The notes under the pieces were generated by a model. The model saw only the letters and a program-made list of their open reading frames with translations. It had not been told where the DNA came from and did no database searches. The position numbers and the translations under genes were made by a program. A stretch of DNA of 32,000 nucleotides from Synechococcus sp. A15-28 (GTDB taxonomy: Bacteria > Cyanobacteriota > Cyanobacteriia > PCC-6307 > Cyanobiaceae), in the NCBI RefSeq assembly GCF_014280175.1, contig NZ_CP047931.1, forward strand, positions 1,710,001 through 1,742,000, read 5' to 3'. Positions 27,067 through 32,000 of this stretch are shown here, in pieces. Position 1 is the first letter of the stretch. Each line of letters starts with the position of its first letter.

Positions 27067-27120
27067 ATTCCCTAGCAATTCTGCCACAATAACAATTCCA
27101 CAATTTCCACATTCCAAGTC

Positions 27121-29283
27121 ATGGCATCTAAAAATCAACTGAACTTCCCCTTCTCAGATCTCGTCGCTGGGTACATTCGCAGCGTCTCCTATCCGGAGAT
27201 CTTTGACTGCAAGGGCATGGTCGAACTGGAGACATCCGATGGACGGATGTACACCGTGAAAATCACAGATGCCTGTTACGCAGAGCTTGTACGCAACCTT
27301 GGTGAGCCCTTCCAGGTGGCACCTGATATGTCACAGATCCTTGTAGAGGATCGTTTTGTCCATGTGTATGGACTCTTCTACCCTGAAGCTGACAGCCTCA
27401 AGTTTGAGGCCAAGCACATGCTTCTCTTCGGCCGTGGAAAAGATGATCTGCGTTTCGAAGATCAGAACTGGTGGATTCATCAAATTCAGCAGTTGTTGAA
27501 TTTCTATCTTGAAGCTCAATTCAAGGTCGTCGAAGGCGAAGCTATTGACTTCAAAAAATTCCGCACTGATTTGAGTGCTGAGGGTAAGAAGCAGGATGGC
27601 GTTCAGAACCTCGATACTATCTCACGACTGGTGTATGGCTTTGCAACGGCCTACATGATCACTGGCGATGAACGTGCCCTCGAAGCTGCCACCAATGGCA
27701 CTGAGTACATGCAGCGCCACTTCCGCCATCAGAATAAGAGTGAAGGAATCTGTTACTGGTACAGCCAGATTGATATCCAAGACGATGGAAGTGTACGCAA
27801 ATACATGGGCTCCACTGCAGGTGGAGATGAAGGTGGTAATGCCATTCCTTGCTACGAGCAGATTTACGCTCTTGCTGGACCCACTCAAACCTGGCGTCTC
27901 ACCGGCGGTGAATCTATTAAGCATGATATCGACGATACAATCGCATTCTTGAATCGCTTCTACAAGGATCACGGTCCTTATGGAGGTTATTACTCTCATG
28001 TTGATCCAGTCACCTTCGACGCCAAAGCTGAATCCCTCGGGGTTAACAAGGCCAAGAAGAACTGGAACTCCGTTGGTGACCACGCACCCGCCTACTTGAT
28101 CAACCTTTATCTGGCCACAGGCGACGAGGGGTACGCGAAGTTCCTTGAGGATACGTTTGACACGATCTGCGAACACTTCCCTGACTACGGCTATAGCCCC
28201 TTCATGAACGAGAAGTTCTATGAGGACTGGACACACGATCTGAAGTGGGGCATTCACCAAGCCCGTTGTGTTGTGGGTCACAACCTGAAAGTGGCGTGGA
28301 ACCTCACCCGCATGCATAGCCTCAACCCCAAGGAGAGCTACAAAACCTTTGCTCACCAGATTGCCGATGCCATCCCCCCTGCCGGTTGCGACAACCAGCG
28401 CGGTGGTTGGTACGACATGATGGAGCGGACGCTGAAGGATGGTGAAGAGCACTATCGCCGCGTCTGGCACGACCGCAAGGCTTGGTGGCAGCAGGAACAG
28501 GGAATTCTTGCTTACTACATCATGGCTGGCGTTTACAACGACAAGCCTGAATATCTGCGTTACGCCAGAGAAGGCACGGCTTTCTACAACGGTTGGTTCC
28601 TGGACTATGAGTCCGGCGGCATCTATTTCAACGTTTTAGCCAACGGTCAGCCCTACTCTCTTGGATCCGAGCGTGGTAAAGGTAGCCACTCCATGGCGGG
28701 CTATCACTCATTTGAACTCTGTTTCCTTGCAGCGATTTACTCGAACCTGCTTGTCACCAAGCAGCCAATGGACTTCTACTTCCGTCCAGATCCTCAGGGA
28801 TGGCCCGACAACAAATTGCGAGTCGCACCTGACCTGCTTCCTGCTGGCAGTGTTGAACTGAGTGAAGTCTGGATTGACGACAAAACCTTCACCGATTTCG
28901 ATCGAAAGGAGATGATCGTCAACCTGCCCAATTCCGATAAACCACTCCGCGTTCGCGTTCGTATTGAACCAGCAGGAATGGGCTTCAGTGCTGATCTTAT
29001 GAGCTTTGAGAACGGAATTGGCAAGTTTGCACTTGATGGTGACCTCACGCGTTGTAAGCTCCCAACCCTGAAAAAAGAGCTGGAGAGACTCTCCGGGGTC
29101 AAGGGAATTGTCTTGGATATGACAAATCTCAAGACAGTTGACGACACAGGTTGGAACTACCTCCTGTTCACAAAACAACAGCGAGGAGCTGAATTTAGCG
29201 TTCAACTTTCCGGACTAAATCAAGTCATCAGTCAGTCTCTAAAAGACGCTGAACTCGATGAGGAGTTCGCTGTTATCGGCTAA
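27121..29283 (+). CDS. Multidomain protein: unknown N-terminal domain, AGE/cellobiose-2-epimerase-superfamily (alpha/alpha)6 core, beta-rich linker, C-terminal STAS domain
   Basis: 720 aa, ATG start. AGE-family-like strings: VVGHNLKVAWNL (His387, cf. GHxxExxW), RKAWWQQEQGILAY (cf. WWxQxEA), AGYHSFELCFLA (His529, cf. YHNGRA). The last 90 aa or so (about 29000-29280) look like STAS/anti-sigma antagonist: FALDGDLTRCKLPTLKKELERLSGVKGIVLDMTNLKTVDDTGWNYLLF. Followed by a strong terminator. Confidence 0.8.
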   Translation: MASKNQLNFPFSDLVAGYIRSVSYPEIFDCKGMVELETSDGRMYTVKITDACYAELVRNLGEPFQVAPDMSQILVEDRFVHVYGLFYPEADSLKFEAKHMLLFGRGKDDLRFEDQNWWIHQIQQLLNFYLEAQFKVVEGEAIDFKKFRTDLSAEGKKQDGVQNLDTISRLVYGFATAYMITGDERALEAATNGTEYMQRHFRHQNKSEGICYWYSQIDIQDDGSVRKYMGSTAGGDEGGNAIPCYEQIYALAGPTQTWRLTGGESIKHDIDDTIAFLNRFYKDHGPYGGYYSHVDPVTFDAKAESLGVNKAKKNWNSVGDHAPAYLINLYLATGDEGYAKFLEDTFDTICEHFPDYGYSPFMNEKFYEDWTHDLKWGIHQARCVVGHNLKVAWNLTRMHSLNPKESYKTFAHQIADAIPPAGCDNQRGGWYDMMERTLKDGEEHYRRVWHDRKAWWQQEQGILAYYIMAGVYNDKPEYLRYAREGTAFYNGWFLDYESGGIYFNVLANGQPYSLGSERGKGSHSMAGYHSFELCFLAAIYSNLLVTKQPMDFYFRPDPQGWPDNKLRVAPDLLPAGSVELSEVWIDDKTFTDFDRKEMIVNLPNSDKPLRVRVRIEPAGMGFSADLMSFENGIGKFALDGDLTRCKLPTLKKELERLSGVKGIVLDMTNLKTVDDTGWNYLLFTKQQRGAEFSVQLSGLNQVISQSLKDAELDEEFAVIG

Positions 29284-29320
29284 TTAAGCTGATTTCTAGC
29301 AATCATCCAAAACCCATCTG

Positions 29321-29346
29321 AAGGCGTGCGAAAGCACGCCTTTTTT
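29321..29346 (+). terminator. Rho-independent terminator after the AGE-STAS gene
   Basis: aaggcgtgc-gaaa-gcacgcctt stem-loop (9 bp, GNRA-type loop) running into tttttt. It lies 38 nt after the stop. Confidence 0.9.
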
Positions 29347-29359
29347 CTGGACTATTCCA

Positions 29360-30748
29360 ATGAGTAACTTCATAGCTATCAGCAAGCTGGGCGTTCAAGC
29401 GGCACAAAGTGGAGATTTGGCAACTGCTGAAAAGTATTTCCGCCAAGCGGCAGATATGAAGGGAGAGCCACCAGAAGCAATCTTTAATTTATGCAGACTG
29501 CTGAATATGCAAGGCAGACATAAGGATGTAGTCCAATCTTTTACCAAAAGGATAAAATCGCAAGACTACGTAACTATACATCCGCAACTTCTCTTAATCG
29601 CGAGCCAGTCTGCGCAAAGCTGCAGAAATCATTCACTGGCAATTGAGATCTTATCGTCTCTCCATTATAAGTATCCAGAAAATATTGAGACATCAGTTAT
29701 GCTAAGTACACTAGAGATCGAAGCAGGCAGGCTTAGCGCGGCAATGAATATTATCAACATTACTATTAAACAAAGTGGTCGCAGTCCGTCACTTCTAACA
29801 AACCTAGCCATTTGCGAATCAGAGATGGGGAACCTTCAAACTGCGGACAACATTCACAAGGAAATTATAAGCAAGAATCCCGAAAAATTCCTTGCTTACT
29901 TTAATTATGGAAAATATCTGGCAACAGTAGGCGAAACCTCATTAGCAAAGCAATCGTTCAAAAAATGCCTAGAAATCGTACCCAATGCGCCAGAGGCATT
30001 GGAAGCAATCAATCAAATCGAACCGCAAGACACATCGATCGCTAAATTCTATGCAAAAATTGAATTAGGCGACTATCATAGAGCAGCAGTAATTCTCAAG
30101 GAGCATTCGAACACTATCGGCACCAGCGATTACTTATCATGTATAAGTTACCTTAACGAAAAATACCGTTCTTGGTTTGGCGAGTCTAGACAATTCTCGC
30201 CCAAACAATTAGTTCATAAACACAATTTAAATGAGGATACAAGTATTGACCTTAATTCATTGTATACCTACGTCAAGAATAGCGAATCGTTAATCAAGGA
30301 CAGGCCTGGGAAACCGACAATAAACGGCTATCAAACCTACGAAGTCCTTAAAGGTTCGACAAATCAAACAGTAAAAATTCTATGTGAAAAGATTATATCG
30401 TTAGCAACCGATTACTACGACACCTTAGAACTCCCATACAAAATGGGTAACGGCAATAACAGATATGAGATTAGCGGATGGGGAGTTGCATTAAATGGGG
30501 GCGGGCATCAAAAGCTTCATACACATCCAGAAGCCAAAATAAGTGGAGTACTTTATCTGAAGACGTCGAAAGAAACCGAATCAATGGAAACCGACAAAGG
30601 AAATATACTTTTCCCTACAGTGGAATCTCTTTCAATAGCTCCGTACACAGGGCTTATGATTATATTTCCGAGCTATTTACCTCACTCAACAGTACCAACA
30701 ACTGAAGAGAATGAAAGAGTATGTATTGCATTTAATGTAAACTTTTAG
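29360..30748 (+). CDS. TPR-repeat protein fused to a 2OG-Fe(II)-oxygenase-like domain (TIGR02466 / 2OG-FeII_Oxy_5 type)
   Basis: The N-terminal 220 aa or so form TPR-like helical repeats (AEKYFRQAADMKGEPPEAIFNLCRLL..., AKQSFKKCLEIVPNAPEAL). C-terminus: GWGVALNGGGHQKLHTHPEAKISGVLYL...GLMIIFPSYLPHSTVP...RVCIAFNVNF. This matches the H-x-H ... FPS-x-x-x-H ... R-x-S/C-x-x-FN pattern of that family by recall. Confidence 0.75.
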   Translation: MSNFIAISKLGVQAAQSGDLATAEKYFRQAADMKGEPPEAIFNLCRLLNMQGRHKDVVQSFTKRIKSQDYVTIHPQLLLIASQSAQSCRNHSLAIEILSSLHYKYPENIETSVMLSTLEIEAGRLSAAMNIINITIKQSGRSPSLLTNLAICESEMGNLQTADNIHKEIISKNPEKFLAYFNYGKYLATVGETSLAKQSFKKCLEIVPNAPEALEAINQIEPQDTSIAKFYAKIELGDYHRAAVILKEHSNTIGTSDYLSCISYLNEKYRSWFGESRQFSPKQLVHKHNLNEDTSIDLNSLYTYVKNSESLIKDRPGKPTINGYQTYEVLKGSTNQTVKILCEKIISLATDYYDTLELPYKMGNGNNRYEISGWGVALNGGGHQKLHTHPEAKISGVLYLKTSKETESMETDKGNILFPTVESLSIAPYTGLMIIFPSYLPHSTVPTTEENERVCIAFNVNF

Positions 30749-30753
30749 CTCAA

Positions 30754-31917
30754 TCAATAGGGCAAGACTGAGTAGCCACCAATAATTAGATCTACATAGA
30801 ATCTATAGCAACCAGAATGAGTTGGCGTAAACTCGAGGGCTGGCGGATTCCCGTGAGACGTTAATTGGCCATAGTGTTTAAGTGAGCCTAAACTAGGATC
30901 TGCTGAATAAGGGTTAGAGCCACTAAAATTATATCCTTTGCAGTCTAGTTCATAGTCTGCATAAACAAGAGCCCATGGCGACGAATTAGCAACATATTTA
31001 TAGTTATAGGTTGTACCAGCCTCGAGTTGCAATACCTTTTCAAATCTTCCTGGACCCAGGGGATTCATGATGTTTAATTTTGATGTGGGGTCCCACGCAG
31101 CCATTGGTTGATCAAAAGAACCAACAAGTGACAATGCATCAATCGTATCAATAGGTAATAGAGTTGCATCACCTTCAACCACGTCAACAGTCAATCTGTC
31201 AGTAGAAGGATCAAACATGAATTCCAACATTGATTCATGATCAAGCTTGAAGCAAATATTGAGTTCGTGTGGCTTACCGTGCCAGGTTGTGCATTTAATT
31301 GATTTTTGAGACTTTACGTTTTCTAGATCAAGCCAACATCCAAGCCCCATTGTGTCCAGAAAAAGCTCTGAGCTAATTCCGATATTGACTACATGAAAAC
31401 CTGCTTTGACTTTAGTCACCATTCCAACATAGGGCGTGCCAGCTACTGGATGCATCTCACGAGCAGGATCAGTAGGATCGAATTGATTTTGATCAAAAAT
31501 ACTTCCCAATAACTGATAACTCTTTCTGTCGTTTAAAAGATCAGGACTTTTGCCGTCGTTTCTTTTATTATCCGCATAGTCAACAGTTATTGATGGAGAA
31601 GGCGACATTGGGTTATGCAGGCTAAAGCGATATATAGAATCCTCATAAACACGTACAGTACAACCTGAATGAAAAGATGTGCCGTGGCTACTGCCAAAAC
31701 CAGTTCCTTGAACAAGAGAACCTTGACCATCATTCAAGGATGAAAAGCCAAAATCTTCTTCATAATCAGCCGAAATCAGGAATTGATAAACGCCATCTGC
31801 CCTAAAATCTATGCCACCGTTTTTAAGCAGTGGAACATCAATCGTCCAAAGATCATCTGACTGGCGCTCAAAATCTCTACCTTTGAGGCGAGGATCAAAC
31901 TTTTCAAACATATTCAA
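30754..31917 (-). CDS. Hypothetical protein with repeated beta-sandwich (CBM/E-set-like) modules; possibly 5'-truncated by the window edge
   Basis: The track start at 31917 is TTG; the first ATG is at 31911. I translated the same frame upstream (IPSAGAATVEPITSFSSYQLNGFVWDSLNM...) and found no stop up to position 31998. Repeated pattern: LVGSF..W.P...M.....F...L.L.AG..Y.YKYV, as in LSLVGSFDQPMAAWDPTSKLNIMNPLGPGRFEKVLQLEAGTTYNYKYVANSSPW. Confidence 0.6.
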   Translation of the reverse strand: MNMFEKFDPRLKGRDFERQSDDLWTIDVPLLKNGGIDFRADGVYQFLISADYEEDFGFSSLNDGQGSLVQGTGFGSSHGTSFHSGCTVRVYEDSIYRFSLHNPMSPSPSITVDYADNKRNDGKSPDLLNDRKSYQLLGSIFDQNQFDPTDPAREMHPVAGTPYVGMVTKVKAGFHVVNIGISSELFLDTMGLGCWLDLENVKSQKSIKCTTWHGKPHELNICFKLDHESMLEFMFDPSTDRLTVDVVEGDATLLPIDTIDALSLVGSFDQPMAAWDPTSKLNIMNPLGPGRFEKVLQLEAGTTYNYKYVANSSPWALVYADYELDCKGYNFSGSNPYSADPSLGSLKHYGQLTSHGNPPALEFTPTHSGCYRFYVDLIIGGYSVLPY

Positions 31918-32000
31918 AGAGTCCCATACAAAGCCGTTAAGTTGGTAACTTGAGAACGAAGTGATCGGCTCAACTGTTGCAGCCCCGGCACTAGGTATCA

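Larger units (their letters stand above)
24711..32000. other. Low-GC compositional block (candidate genomic island), right boundary outside the window
   Basis: Hand counts of 60-nt lines: 13021-13080 = 41/60 GC (core). In the block: 25081-25140 = 22/60, 25921-25980 = 30/60, 28021-28080 = 32/60, 29401-29460 = 28/60, 30001-30060 = 23/60, 31201-31260 = 19/60. The change begins at the SulP stop codon. Confidence 0.7.

Noticed and set aside
1-32000. CRISPR arrays, rRNA genes, tRNA genes, and obvious toxin-antitoxin or restriction-modification/defence genes
   Set aside because: No regularly spaced direct repeats, no rRNA- or tRNA-like segments in any intergenic gap, and no nuclease, methylase or defence-type motifs were recognised by eye in the ORF set.

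Overview
High-GC cyanobacterial chromosome segment. It is most consistent with a marine Synechococcus; this is an inference from psbA, cp12, a BicA-like SulP gene, Mg-type hemB, and the glycine-methylation betaine pathway beside proVWX, an arrangement known from Synechococcus WH 8102. I support about 31 protein-coding genes. I recognised no rRNA, tRNA, CRISPR array, transposase or integrase. Gene order, left to right: an SPFH protein; a frameshifted DUF389 membrane-protein gene; an osmoadaptation cluster (gbmt1-gbmt2 divergent from proVWX, plus a tail-to-tail Pmp3-family peptide); a cupin; psbA (E130, D1:2 type) with a clean intrinsic terminator; two small exported proteins; an aspartoacylase-family gene; a translationally coupled Xi-GST / membrane protein / ABC-F operon; cp12; obg; an orphan MalK-like ATPase; mutS2; a VOC protein; hemB; a dnaJ-like gene; a periplasmic Trx-like protein; SulP. 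Directly after the SulP stop (about 24.7 kb) base composition drops and stays low to the window end. My hand counts of single 60-nt lines give 32-53% GC there, against 68% for one core line. This low-GC block carries four genes: a glgX isoamylase gene broken by an 8-bp tandem-repeat expansion; an AGE-superfamily (alpha/alpha)6 enzyme fused to a C-terminal STAS domain; a TPR / 2OG-Fe(II)-oxygenase fusion; and a beta-sandwich-repeat protein whose frame runs off the window. This block is my best candidate for an undescribed, glycan-related and possibly STAS-regulated system. Its function is inference only. All family calls come from motif recognition by eye, not from database searches.
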